Source of the DNA: Eledone cirrhosa
Taxonomy: Eukaryota
DNA: 64,000 nt
Reading direction: 5' to 3'
Assembly (NCBI GenBank): GCA_964016885.1
Contig: OZ024741.1
Coordinates: 131,626,001-131,690,000, forward strand
Part shown: positions 28,557 through 43,061 of the stretch, in pieces
Layout: each line of letters opens with the position of its first letter
Position numbering within the stretch: the stretch's first letter is position 1
Program-made: the position numbers and the translations under genes
Notes under the pieces: generated by a model
The model's input: the letters and a program-made list of their open reading frames with translations, nothing else
What the model was told of the DNA's origin: nothing
The model's database searches: none

Positions 28557-29197
28557 ATTTATGTATATGTATGTATATGTGTGTGTACGTGATTGTAAGT
28601 GTGAATTTATATATGTATAGTAATGTGTCAGTATTTGTAGTTATTGATGTATATGTATGTATAGTTAAACGACTGTTATGTTATATAAGTATGCATGTAT
28701 GAATGCATGTATGGTTATAAATATATATATATATATATATTTATGCTTAGATATAAGTATGTTATGTATGCAGCTATGTATGAATGTATGTATGGTCATA
28801 AGTATGTTATGTATGTATGATTGAATGTATGTATGTATGTATATGTATGTTTGCGTCCGCGTATGTGTAAGTGTCAGAAATAATTGCTTTGCATGTATGT
28901 TTTCATGATTGTGTATATGTGTGCATATATGTTTGTGTTTATGTGTAGCTATAATCATCCGTGTATGTGTATGTCTGAAGATAGGTATACATGTAAGTAT
29001 GCATGTTTTGTATGTATGTTTGCCTGTATATATATGTATGCATCTATGTATGTATGCATAGATAGACATAAGTATTACGGTTATAAGTATTATGGTTATA
29101 AGTATGTTATGTATGCATGCTTTATATGTGTTTATATATATCTAATAAATAATTTCTTTCTATGTTTTCATGTCTCTCTCTCTATATATATATCTCT

Positions 29198-29300
<103 letters not shown>

Positions 29301-30048
29301 TATATAATGTGCGTATGTGGTATGTGTGTTTATATATGTATGTAGGTATGTCAATTTCTATATTTTGTAATATATATAGGGATGTATGTTTGCATATATG
29401 TATGTTTGCGTGTATGTAAATCATCAGACGTATGTGAATACATGCACGTGACTGTGTGTGTGCATACATGAGTTTATGATTACCATCTGCGTGTGTCTGA
29501 GCACCTGCATATATGTGTGTCTGAGAAAGATTGAGTGTGCGTGTGAGGGTACGACAATGTTTCTATGTGTGTAAATACACCAGCCATTGTATGCGTGTGC
29601 GTTGCATTTATTTGTGAATGTGTGAAACCGTGTAGCCTGGTGGTTTGGTTGCTCGGCTCACGAACGTAACCACTTGAATTCGATTCCCGGTGGGGCCTTG
29701 TGTCCTTCAGCAAGACACAATATTTCCTATTGCACAATTCAACTGGATAACATGAGTTGAATCTTCTATTCTAGGGGCCAGTTTTGTCGCACTATGTCAC
29801 GCTGAATCTCCATGATGACTATGTTAAATGTGCACGGTCTGTTGAATGCTCAGCCAAATAGAAGTTAATTTCACGTACAAGCTGTTCCATTTATTCAACA
29901 ACCGGATCACTCATCACCAACGGAAGCCAAACAACAATACAATATGTGTTATGCGTGTAAATACGTTTCCTTTTGTATTTATCGATATACGCGCGTAAGT
30001 GTTATGTATGTATGTATGTATGTATGTATGTATGTATGTATGTATTAT

Positions 30049-30656
30049 GTCAGGTCACCAGTTGGTGCTACTGGTAACATGTATCCCAGTACAACCTGTC
30101 TCATGGTCGGGTCGTTGGCGACTAAACTGGCAACCCCACCAAGGTTTCTTGGTGAGGAGGGTGACTTTGGACATCCTGCAGGACTAAAAACAAAACCTGT
30201 CAAAGGGCAAAGGAGCTCTTAAGAGTCAATGGCCATCCAAAATCACTGGGAGAGATGACCCCTTAGCCTTTGTCAAGGCAGAATTCTAGGAGAAGGAAAA
30301 CTCTGATATAACACCTGCAACCCTGATGGTATCCAATGATGTTGACTTGTTCTTCTTTTTGGTAAATATCATCTTGGTTAAGAGAGTGGGACTGGCTTTG
30401 TGCAGTGCCTTTGCTCACTATAAAAGCTTCACGGCACAGGCATTGCTTTATATCTGGAGATCTCTCTGCACTTGTCGTCACATGGTACCATGGGCCCAGC
30501 ACTATGTGTCAGTAATTGTCACAAGTGTAGTGTTTGTACCAGAGTTTTCAAGTCGCTGGCTGGACTAAAAAGTCACACGCGTTCAGCGCATCGGTAGGGG
30601 TTCTCCTACATGGATATAAAGTAGTGGCCGTACTCGAAAACGAGTTGGCAGCTACC
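30049..30656 (+). mobile_element. 608-bp bipartite non-autonomous RTE derivative in (TATG)n
   Basis: RTE-like 5' UTR motif ctaggagaaggaaaactctg joined to a C2H2 finger CSVCTRVFKSLAGLKSHTRSAHR*, then a 3' hairpin actcg-aaaa-cgagt and an (ATGT)n tail. Three more copies lie at 57.4-58.9 kb. Confidence 0.8.
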
Positions 30657-30692
30657 ATGTATGTATGTATGTATGTATGTATGTATGTATGT

Positions 30693-31712
30693 TATCTCTT
30701 TCTCTTAATTTCGAGTATATTTTTTTTGACCGGCCACCTTCCTGGTGGCAAGGTTGTAAAAGAAAATAAATTGTCATCCTTTGAATCGCAAGAATGTTTT
30801 GCAAATTTTGAAGGTGCCAGCTATCGCAGTCATTTGTAGACTATGAATTAGGGAGCTGCGCTTTTTGTCCGCAAATCCAAGTTCAGTCATACTTTGGTCC
30901 AAGCGGGTTGGTATATAACCCGTAGCTCCAATAATGATGGGTATGAAGCTAAAGGTGTATCTTGGATACTGGATTTGTAAACTCCTCATCAATGGTCCGT
31001 AGATGTCCTCCTTCTCCTGTATTTTTCTGACAACGTTTACACAAGTGGGCAGCTGATCTCCACAACAGAACACGTTTTCAATGTGTGGTCCCAAACAACA
31101 ATATCAGGCCGGTTGTGCTTTAATTTGGTGGCAGTTTTTATTTTCAGGTTCCACCAGTATTCCTTAGTGCCATCTGTCTCAATATATTCTTCCTCGTGTG
31201 TTGTTAATTTTGTTTTCCGAAGTGCGTTCCAGATGGTTCTAGCTATCCCATCGTGTCTCATGGGGAGGTAGTAGCGAGATGACATTCTTTCGCAGCTGGC
31301 AACAATGTGGCTTACATCCTCGATCTTTGTTTTACATAGCCTACATTTATTGTCAGCTGCTGGCCCTCCTCTTTTGTGCAGCAGATATTTGGTAGGGAGT
31401 TCTTGTTCCTGTATTGCATAGAGATATCCCTCAAGGTGTGATGTCATAAACTTGTCGGAACTCCATGCCAGGTTTTTGAGTGGTTTATCCCTCTATGGTC
31501 TGTGTTTTACGCCTCAAGTATCCATGCACAACTTTTTCTGTAAATTGGTCAATGTTTTTATCTTGTTTGAACATTGAATAGGATCTTCCGATTTCTCTGG
31601 GTGAAAGATTTATATCAGGCTTTATTCCATATCTCTCCTCCAGATCAGTGGCTATTCTAATGATATTTTTTTTTCATGCTCATAAACCTGGGCAAGATGG
31701 TTGCCAACCTTT
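30693..31712 (-). mobile_element. 5'-truncated R4/Dong-type RLE retrotransposon in (CATA)n
   Basis: EGYLYAIQEQEL...CRLC...HIVASC...RHD...NRPDIVVWD...VEISCP, then a frameshift and FIPIIIGATG. (TATG)n flanks both sides. Confidence 0.9.
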
Positions 31713-31969
31713 TTGTATGTATGTATGTATGTATGTATGTATGTATGTATGTATGTATGTATGTATGCATGCATGTATGTATGCTTGTATACATGCATAT
31801 GTACGTACATATGAGTGTTTGTGCGGGGGCGTGCGTTTGTGGACGAATGTGACACATACATAAACATGCAGACACAAATATACATGCAAGTGCATAGATT
31901 ACACACACACTTACATACACATACACACACGCATACACACACACACACACGCACACACACACACACACA

Positions 31970-32033
<64 letters not shown>

Positions 32034-32757
32034 ATCATATTCGTGTAGTAGTCGATCTCATGTGAAAGTCGACACTAGTATATCACGGATATCAGATCAA
32101 CATTTGGGGCCAAGTTATTATCTTGTACCTAGAAACAACAGATACAAAACTGTCGAGAATAACAGGCAAATTTATACTATAGCAAAAACGTCTGAAACTG
32201 AAAATGTACCCATACTAATATACTGCACCATAATAGACTGTTGATGAGTGTGACTTTAACCGTGAGTATGGAAATAATGTGATTGGAGCGTTGTGATGAG
32301 AAACATGCCAAGCAGGTATCGGCCATGTGTACAATATTAAGGTAAGTAGAGGCATACCGGTAGATATATTACCCAGGGCAGTATACAGTAATTATGAGAT
32401 ATAAATTGATTGCACTAAGCCCGTCTGTTAAGTTTGATGGATACCAGTAAAAGAGGAAGTGTAAGTATTTATAAGAGCTACACAGCCTTGTTTATGGATT
32501 TTGTTATTTTCTAGGGCGTATGTTTTGATACATAGAATCGGTAATAGAATTTTAATTCATTGTGGTTTTGTTTTTATTCTTTTAGAAATCAGTTGGGCTT
32601 CTGCTACTGATACGGTAGTTTGGATTCTAGCTTGAATTTCAAGCCCGTCAAAAGTCGACCTCCATAAATTTAACTTTAAAAAATGGTCTAAATAATTCAA
32701 CTTTTACATGAGTATAAGCGTTGTATATATATATATATATATATATATTCGAAATCA

Positions 32758-32795
<38 letters not shown>

Positions 32796-33051
32796 CCTAA
32801 ATCACACTACCACAAGCTGCATTGTGTACCCATGTTAGTGTAGTACCGTGCCACACACTATCTTATTCAATGACAGTCTGGATAACAATACGCCTGGCAC
32901 TAAAATAATGTTTCATTAAATCAATCTTATTCTGTTCTGAAGCAATAGTAAAGAACATTATGTCCAGTATTGAAATAGGGTACTTTCAAATAATGTCACA
33001 TCACTTTCAATAAGACATATAATATAGATGTTTTATATTCTCAGGTGCATC

Positions 33052-33193
33052 GACTGGACTTTTAAGTCATTTCTAAATTTAATATATACATATACACACT
33101 TACGCACACACCCCATGTATATATATCGAGGGGGGAGGGGCGTGTGTGTGTATATGTATATATTACATTTAGAAATGACTTAAAAGTCAAGTC
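33052..33193. repeat. Inverted repeat with ~47-bp arms next to (TA)n
   Basis: gactggacttttaagtcatttctaaatttaatatatacatatacacac and its reverse complement differ at 2 positions. Confidence 0.8.
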
Positions 33194-34359
33194 CATATAT
33201 ATATATATAGCAACCATTTTTGATACAAAATCGAGAGAGTGTTACTGTGAGGGTCGAAAGACTCAAAGAACTTTGTACACCATCTGATGACATGTTTAGC
33301 AGCTGAAATGATGGTCGTACAAAAATTATGTTGTTGAGAATAAATAGTCCTGTTTGTAAGGGTAGATGATTTTTCTCTACGTGTAGTATGTACGCCATGT
33401 TTTCAGATAAAACTGTTACACGATAGTATATAGGACATTTGTGTATGCAGTCAACAAGGTGCCGTTATAACATAAAAGAATGACCGGTGGGAAACACCCA
33501 AGGACGTTTGGTGTTTGAAAATTTAAGTGTAATGTGAACGCTATCATTTCGATGTAGTAAGCAAATATTCTTTTTTATTAATGCGAAATGTAGTAAGGTG
33601 TGGGTCTGGACTTCAGTACTAGGGATGAAAACTCATCATATGTTACGGTCTTATTAGGCCACGTCTTTCAAGCAATGTCAAACAGTTATATATGCTTGAT
33701 GAATAACATAAAAAAATAGGATTTATTAAACATTAGTTGAGCGGTGTCAGTTTTCTCGAATAAAGATGAGCTGATGTAGGACATCCTGAAACTAATTTAT
33801 AAACACACACACGCGCGTGCGCGCACACACACACTACACACACACGTGTGCATACTTTATTAATATAGAAAGCGCGTAATATGACGGCTGCATGCTGATG
33901 ACATCCGTGACTCCTGTACCCTTAACTACATAACGGTTTAGTTGTTATTATGAAAGGATGGTGGATTGGCAATATCGATAGAGCGTTGGACAACTTGGTT
34001 TATGGCATATAGTTACACCCATTTACGTTCTGAGTCTCACCGAGGTTAGCTTTGCCTTTCATCCTTACGGGAATGATGAAATAAAATATCGATAATGCAG
34101 TGGGATCGATTTAACCGACTTTTCCCTCTCCCAAAAAGTTGTTGGCCTTGTGTTTAAATCAAAAACCATTATGAATGAGAGCGTCTTTTGGAATACATTT
34201 ATAAAGGACATGATTAGTTTTTTTTCGCCCATAATTTATATCTCTATGACAAGTATATTAGAGGTTAGATCGGATGTAGATCTATGGCCGGTATATATTT
34301 ACGTTAGTGCATAGCGTTGGATTGGAGTCACTTTGCGCTTAAGATAAGACGTTTAAAAG

Positions 34360-34398
<39 letters not shown>

Positions 34399-34526
34399 AA
34401 ATAGTAGTATAACTATTTATAATAAATACATCCTACTTTTTCCAAGTATCAAGTACTTAGCTCAACATGCTACTCTTTCTAATCTTAACTGGTAACTCCC
34501 AATATAAAGGTGTTGATTCTTTGGTG

Positions 34527-34567
<41 letters not shown>

Positions 34568-35001
34568 AACAATGAAAATAAAACAAAAGTCGAAGATTGT
34601 TTCTTAATTAGTTCATTGATACATTGATATGCGATCGTTTCAGAGGGCTGATTGATCATGTTAAATCGATATAGTGACAAATATGAAGTGGTTATGTTAC
34701 CACCAATTTCTAGTCTCGATTTCCTAGATCCTTCTCACCGTCTTCGTCAGAAATAATGCATATATATGTGTTATGTGTGTGTGTGTGTGTGTGTCTGTGT
34801 GTGTGTGTACCCGTTTGTTTACAACTCATTAAGACTTCGGAGCCCGATCCAGTTACTCTTTAGCTGGAATTCCTCCACGGACTTTATCCGCACTACATCC
34901 CACACCTTCCAGTTATGGACATTTTCATGGATTTTCTCATGTATGTGTATGTTTATATATATATAATATATATATATGTATATACACATATATATATATG
35001 T

Positions 35002-35032
<31 letters not shown>

Positions 35033-35035
35033 TGA

Positions 35036-35111
<76 letters not shown>

Positions 35112-35117
35112 GAGAGA

Positions 35118-37000
35118 GCCAGCATTGATGCCTTGTGAGTTTTTGTACATCTGCTGTCAACCGAATCCATTGTGAAGGTCGTCAATCCATGCCATGCTGA
35201 GATTTTCTTTTTTTTTCTGTAGTTTTCGTTTATGGCTTTATTGATTAGCAACTGGTCGTTACAGTCATATGAAACTTTGCAGCATCCTTTCTGTCTTTCT
35301 AGAAGCAAGTTTGTTTGTTTTTGAGGTGTTTGGTCAGTTAAAGTTTTGTATGCAATAGGAAGGCCTGTTATGGAGTGTAGCTTTGGGAGCTTATCGTGTC
35401 ATTATTCTTGGTGATCAGGGTGGTTTTCCCCTTAGTGAGCCAGTCAGATGTTTTCCTGGCTCTCTCAGCATCTCATTAAACATGTTTGCAAGTATACCAG
35501 GTGACCCTGTTAAATATTTCAATCAAAAGTCATGTCATGTTCCAGTGCCATCCTGTTGCTTGATTTTTTTTCAGTGTGCTAAACACATCATTGTTGTAAT
35601 ATAGCTCCCACAGTTGTTCAGGTACTGTTCTCTTTGTTTTTACTAGTTCTGTACATAGCAATTTCCCTTCTCTTTCTGCTCATAATTTTCTCCAGAACTC
35701 TTCTACTTTTGGTAGTACATTGACCTCTTTTTGGATTCTATTGCGTTCTTGTAGAGTTGTTTGGAGTTGAAATAGTTGGTTTGTTAAATGGCTAGTTTTG
35801 TTAAATGGTTGGTTTTGTTAAAAGAACCTTTTGGTGCTTTTCATATCCCCGGATTATTTGTGCTTTTGCTAGTATTTGTTGTTTTAGGTATTCCTTTGTC
35901 TCTGAGATTCCCTTTTCTTTTATATAATATTTCTCAAGTCTTTTGATTTTCTTTCTTATTCCAAGTTTTGCTGTTTTCTTTCCTATTTCATTTAAGATTG
36001 TGAAGTCTTTCCTATTATTTTCTATCTTTTTCTGTATTTTTGATTTCATTTCCATGTTTGTGTGGGTTTTGTTATTCTTGCTTGTGTAGATCTAAGGGAG
36101 TACCCACTTTATTTCGCAACAGAAATGGCTGCTGCATATATTATGTTATTTAGTCTTGTGATACTAATATTTCTGTTCAGGTTTATTAAGTCTATGGTGG
36201 CTAGATTAGCGTTTTTCTATCATTGTTGCTATTTGATATTAATTCCTATCTTTGTGAAGTGTATTCTTTGTCGGTAGGGAGATCTTTTGTTTGAAGTTCT
36301 TTGATGAATTCCAGCTTAATCCTCTTCTGGTCTTGAATTTCGTCTTTAGGGTTTTTTTCTCCTACATCTTTCTTCTATTTTTTTTCATTTGTGCTTTTGC
36401 TTGTATTGTCCTGAATTGACTTTTATTGGTCAGTACTCTGTATATCTTTTAGGGTTGGAGATTGTTGCGTTTTGTTGTTTACTTTATCTCTTTTGGATAT
36501 GTTGTTTTTTTCTTCATGTTTTAAATTCTCAATATGTTTATGTTAGTTAGTTGTTTTGTTCGATATTTGTGTTTTCCGATCGTATTTGTTATTTTAACTG
36601 TTCTATTTCCATGCCTCATATATTTTTTGTTTGTTTTTAATATGTATCTGGTTAAATTAGTTAGTTTGTTGGGGTCGAGCTTTAAATCAGATTGCTGGTT
36701 ATTTTTTGACCAGATGTTGTGTATGTCAATGTGTTTTCATTTTTTACGTATAGTGTTACCATAGAATATGCGTGTAGAATCAAAGCATATTTCTCTCATG
36801 TCCATTTATGTCTGTTTTTGCATGCATCAGTCTTCGTGCAATTTCTTTTTAAGTTCAAAGAACGAACCTCCGTAAATTCTATGTGATTTTTTGTATACAT
36901 CTTTCGCTAGTTTTATAATATGAACACTTGTAATAAAATCATTAAACTTACATGCATCAGTATCCCTTTTTTCTTTTTACCTTGTTTCGGTTTATTGTTG
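35118..37000 (-). pseudogene. Decayed R4/Dong-type LINE, N-terminal region and start of RT
   Basis: ERQKGCCKVSYDCNDQLLINKAINEN resembles the R4 EQKGC...KDQLLI motif; upstream KEYLKQQILAKAQIIRGYEK. Many stops; the upstream boundary is uncertain. Confidence 0.75.
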
Positions 37001-37164
37001 TTTTAGTCGTTATTTTTCTCACATAGTTACATTGTTAACAAAGGAATTTATATGAAAGGTATAATCCATATATAAGGTATATTTTGGTAGTGTTCGTTAT
37101 TTCTTGTCTAGCATATTCTACTTCGTTTACAGGCTACATTTATTATAATTTTGCCGACGATGTC

Positions 37165-37290
37165 TATGCCTACGTGGAACGGCAAGGACCCTCCGATAAG
37201 TCCTGAATATCTGAGGCTGTAAGTAGCGGCTTGATATTCATTAGGGCAATTATTTCGGTTGATTAACATCAAAGACTGAGGCATCAAGTA
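37165..37290 (+). mobile_element. Short 3' end of the same family as 333-1070
   Basis: accctccgataagtcctgaatatctgaggctg...aacatcaaagactgag matches the reverse complement of 340-450; TAA-rich flanks. Confidence 0.8.
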
Positions 37291-37475
37291 AAAAAAAAAA
37301 ATGATAATAATTATAAAAATAATAATTATTATTATAGATCATAGTATTATGGACCATATGGACATTAAGCCAATCATCTGCGAAACGAATGTAACGGTCG
37401 ATAATCAATAAAAAACATTTAAGTGAAACTTCATCCTGTTAAACTTAATGAATACACACACATATAATACATAGT

Positions 37476-37523
<48 letters not shown>

Positions 37524-37537
37524 TATACATACATAGT

Positions 37538-37575
<38 letters not shown>

Positions 37576-37602
37576 ACTATGTATGTATAAACATATATAT
37601 AT

Positions 37603-37634
<32 letters not shown>

Positions 37635-37904
37635 CTCTTCCGAATGTGTGAGATGAAGACTGACGATGGAGAAGGAGGAGAATGAGGAGGCAGAAGAGCT
37701 CTCAATGTTAACAATGAATGGCTGAGAGGGGGGGGGGGGGTGAGCAGTGACAGAAAAATGAATGAGAGAATAACATTCCGTGGAGTTCGATGACATGGGT
37801 GTGAAGAGGAGAAAGAGTAGGAAAAGTGTGATATAGTGTGTGGTGGGGGGGGGGTCTTAAGAAATATCACAGTGGTAGGGTCGGGGTGGAATTGATGGTG
37901 GTGG

Positions 37905-38200
37905 GTTGTGGTGGTGGTTTGTTAATGGTGGTGGTAGTAGTGTTGGTAGTAGTGATGGTAGTAGCGTTAGTGGTGGCAATGGTTGTGGTGGTGGTGGTGG
38001 TTTGTTAATGGTGGTGGTAGTAGTGATGGTAGTAGCGTTAGTGGTGGCAATGGTTGTGGTGGTGGTGGTGGTTTGTTAATGGTGGTGGTAGTAGTGATGG
38101 TAGTAGCGTTAGTGGTGGCAATGGTTGTGGTGGTGGTGGTGGTTTGTTAATGGTGGTGGTAGTAGTGATGGTAGTAGCGTTAGTGGTGGCAATGGTTGTG
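37905..38200. repeat. 71-bp GT-rich minisatellite
   Basis: Three identical-looking units (37981-38051, 38052-38122, 38123-38193) plus a diverged upstream unit. Confidence 0.9.
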
Positions 38201-38328
38201 GTGGGGATGATGATGGTGGTGGTGATGGTGGTGTTGGTGGTGTTGAGTAGTGAAATGAGACTGAAGCAGACTGGAATGTGATGAGTGATTGAAAGAAAGA
38301 CTGACAGATAGAGTGAGTGAGTGAGAGA

Positions 38329-38372
<44 letters not shown>

Positions 38373-38562
38373 TGGAAGAGATTTAAAAGAGAGTGTGTGT
38401 GGTAATGATAAACAGATAATATAAAGAGAGAGAAAAAGCCGTGTATAAGTTAGAAGGTGGGAGAAGGTAGAAGTGAGTGAGAAATTGAGCAGACGATAAG
38501 TGAGGAAGGGGGTCAAGTATAAAGTGGATTGGGAGGGAGGGGAATATGACATGATGGATATA

Positions 38563-38755
38563 ATTATTTCTACTTTTGGCACAAGGCCAGCAATTATCCC
38601 AGTGCATTACTGGTACTTTATTTTATCGACCCCGTAAGGATGAAAGGCAAAGTTAACCTCGGCGGGGTTTGAACTCAGAATGGCAAGGGCCGTAACTCTA
38701 TGCGTCAAAGCATGGCGTCCGACCCTCTACCGATACTGCCAATCCACCGCCCTTC
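38563..38755 (-). mobile_element. SINE family A, apparently full length (representative copy)
   Basis: A box tggcagtatcgg, B box gagttcaaaccc, tail gtagaaataattat. Other copies lie near 165, 4355, 7150, 12730, 12920, 24820, 26278, 33958, 46982, 48375, 50190, 50950, 55365, 55595 and 56846. Confidence 0.9.
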
Positions 38756-38823
38756 AATATGATGGATATAATGAAAGAGTAAGTGAACGAGAGGGAGGAG
38801 GAGGAGAGAGTTAAAGTGAGAGT

Positions 38824-38892
<69 letters not shown>

Positions 38893-39698
38893 GATAGAAA
38901 AGTTATTGCAGTGATAGTATAATGTAGAGAAAGAGAGAGAGAGAAAGAAAAGGAAGGGATGGGTGAATAAAAACTAACGAAAAAGGAAAGCAAATGATTA
39001 TGAATGTGAAGGCGGGTAGGAGGTAGACATTATGGGAGAAGATGGTGGTGGAGGAGAAGGAAGAGAAGAACATTGCAATGAAGATAATAAATGGAAAGAA
39101 AAAGCGAGAGGATGCGAGAAAGTGGAAGTAAGAGGAAGAGAGAAAGAAGGGGGACGAAAGAGGGTGAATATGAGAGAAGAGTAGTGGTGGTGGTGGTGGT
39201 GGTGGTGGTGGTGGTGGTGGTGGTGGATGTTGGATCCTGGAAAGTGAGTGACAAAGAGAGCAGGCGACAGGAGTGGTAGGCGGAGGATGGGGAGGAAAAA
39301 CAATACTAATCTTAAGTTAATAAATCAAAGAAAGTGAAAGAGAAAAAGTTTGAATAAGGGGATGAAAGAGAGAGAGAGAGAGAGAGAGAAGTTATACACA
39401 CACACACACACACACATACAGATACACATATATATATCTGTGTATACACAAATACACACTGATACACACATATATATAAATATATGTAGAGGTTATATTT
39501 AATTTGTTGGGATACAACAAGCAAAATATTTTTATAACTGATATAAAGCACTCAACAAATTATTGGAGTAAATATACAATATATTAACAAATGGAAACTA
39601 TATTTATAAAACCATATTTATTTCATTATACATATTTCAAGGGCCACCAAGGCAAATTATGGTGCGCTTTCATCAGATAAAATATAATATAGGTTATA

Positions 39699-39731
<33 letters not shown>

Positions 39732-39743
39732 ATATATATGTAT

Positions 39744-39776
<33 letters not shown>

Positions 39777-40202
39777 TAGATATATATATGTATGTATCTA
39801 TGTATGTATGTATGTATTTACAGAGAGAGATGTATATATAAAGATATAAAGATAGACAGACAGAGAGAGATTAAAAGTATAGTAGTGTGAAATGAAAAAC
39901 TGGAATGTAGCAGACGACATGTGTAAAGAGGGATAGGGAGAGTAGATGAAGGATGTGGGTCAGCATGACAATGAGAGAAGGAGAAAGGGGGCCGGGGATT
40001 TGAAGTTGAGTAGAGGTAGAGTAAGAGTAGGAGTATATTCTAAGTGAAGTGACGCTTGCGCAGAAGTGAGATATTAGAGGTGTGGTTTCAGTGAGACAAA
40101 ATAGACAGTTGAGTGACGGACTGTAGCAGACGTCGGTTCAGCGTTCTTACCCTCCTTGGATTAACAGATTCATCACATGTGAGTGCGGAGTTAGAATGAC
40201 AT

Positions 40203-40312
<110 letters not shown>

Positions 40313-41052
40313 ACATATCTCTGTGTTTGTATCTATGTATGTATGTGTATGTTTGTATGTATGTGTGTGTATGTAAATATGTATGTATGTGTGTATGTAT
40401 GTAATGTTGTCATGATACAGCCCCAGCTCAGACCTGATCGAACAAAACCTTCCCCGCTATAACCATCTATGTATGAATATATGATGTATGTATATGCGTA
40501 TCTATGCATGTATGTATGTGTGTATGTGTGTATGTATGTGTGTATGCATGTATGTATGTTGTGATATAGCCCCAGCTTAGCCCTGATCGAGCAAAACCTT
40601 CTCGCTATAACCATCTCGTGTTTTTTGTAGTTTATCTAGGACTACTATGTCGCCGAACGTACCTATCTTTCTGCATTTTAGACAGCAATGTTTGATATTT
40701 ATGAAGGTTTGGTTGTTACTTCTAGCAGATCGAAGCCCCGTCGATGGTTAGAATATATGTATGTGTGTGGAATTGTGTAGACTGAAACTTTGTGGAAGCC
40801 CTTCAGGTGGATTGCATTAATAATTCAAACGGGTCCAGGCATGTTATGCCCTGTTCATTCTACTCGAAAATTTCGTTGTAGGTACAAGTATCGGTGGAAT
40901 ACTCAACCACATACTCTATAATACAAATTGAATTGTACCTGTAATTCAAAGGGTCAGCTTGTCACACACTGTGTCACAGTAGTTCTACTTGAAAATTACG
41001 TTGATTGTTTGTGTGAGAGTATATATCCCCAAATATACATGCGTACTATATA

Positions 41053-41151
<99 letters not shown>

Positions 41152-41722
41152 ATGTATGTGTGTGTGCGTGTATGTGTATTTATGACGATGTGACCGTATG
41201 CACATACGTATGTGTTGGTGTTTGCGTGCGTTGTATACAACAACCAGCAAGCAGACAACCTGTTGACAATCATTCACACCTCATATATGTGTGTATGTAT
41301 GTAGTGTCTGTGTGCGTGTGTATGCGCACGCGTGTATATTTATTTTGCACGTATGTATAATCACACAAGTATAACACGAAGAAGAAAAACGAAGTATTAC
41401 CATAACAAAACAAAAAAAAACAACTACTACTAATACTACTACTAGTACTACTTATTACAAAAGCAGGAAATAAGATGTTACCAGCACCAGCACCAGCACA
41501 TAATCCTCATCAGCCTCACCATCATCATCATCATTTCTATTGTTACAAAGTTACAAAGAACATAAGAACAATAACATGAACAGCAACACTACAAGATATT
41601 TAACATACTGGAACATATTAATACGCACTTATACTTGTCTATATAAATACACACACACACATGTATATATATATATATATACATTTATATATATATATAT
41701 ATATATACATTTATATATATAC

Positions 41723-41772
<50 letters not shown>

Positions 41773-41815
41773 GAAAGGTATAGAAAGTATTGTAGTAAGA
41801 AGCCAACAGTATTCC

Positions 41816-42053
<238 letters not shown>

Positions 42054-42566
42054 CATATATACATAATATATATATATACTTACATACATATACTAACAGT
42101 CGCATTACAGTTATGTGTGTATGTATGTAGACACATACACACACACATATACATGTTTATAAATTTGTTGATATGCATATGACATTCACGACAGCAGTTA
42201 TACATGTTTTTTTGCAAGAAATAGCAGTAAAGTCTCCCTCAATTAACACTGACCATTATAAACTATTGAGATACACCTGAAATGACAAAATCTCACATAT
42301 CCTAACATAAAGGCACGATGGTCACGTGTTGATCTATGTTTGCTGGATCTGGGCTGACCAGCGGCTAAACACCAATAGCAGCAGCTTCATATATACATAC
42401 ATACAGGTGCACAGAACGCAACATATGTTTCAGTATACAAACATATGCTCATATCTACATATATTTACACCATGGATGCATGTATGTACGCATACATGCG
42501 TGTGCATGAGCGAATGCATGCAAGTGCATGCATGAATGCACAATCGTCTATGCGTGTACGCGTGTA

Positions 42567-42642
<76 letters not shown>

Positions 42643-42732
42643 CATATATATACATAATATATATATATTATATATTATATATTAATATTTTCTATACCTT
42701 TCATTTATGTATATATTATATATATATATATT

Positions 42733-42785
<53 letters not shown>

Positions 42786-43003
42786 TAGGGTGTGGTAAAC
42801 ACCAGCTGGACAGTAGCCCACCAGAGTACTCAATACTTGAGGTAGCAGAGAGGGTAGTATATATATATATATACACAAAAATTCACACTTCAAACTAGGT
42901 GTAGGTATAGCTGTAAAAGCCCCAACTTGAGTCAGTCTATCGTCACCATCTGTGAGTGCGTGGCGCTTGTGTGTGTGACGGATTGTGTGTCTGTGTATGT
43001 GCA

Positions 43004-43061
<58 letters not shown>

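Noticed and set aside
33215-33790. Possible decayed GIY-YIG fragment on the minus strand (TNVLYTI...)
   Set aside because: It needs several frameshifts and is too weak to call without a profile search.
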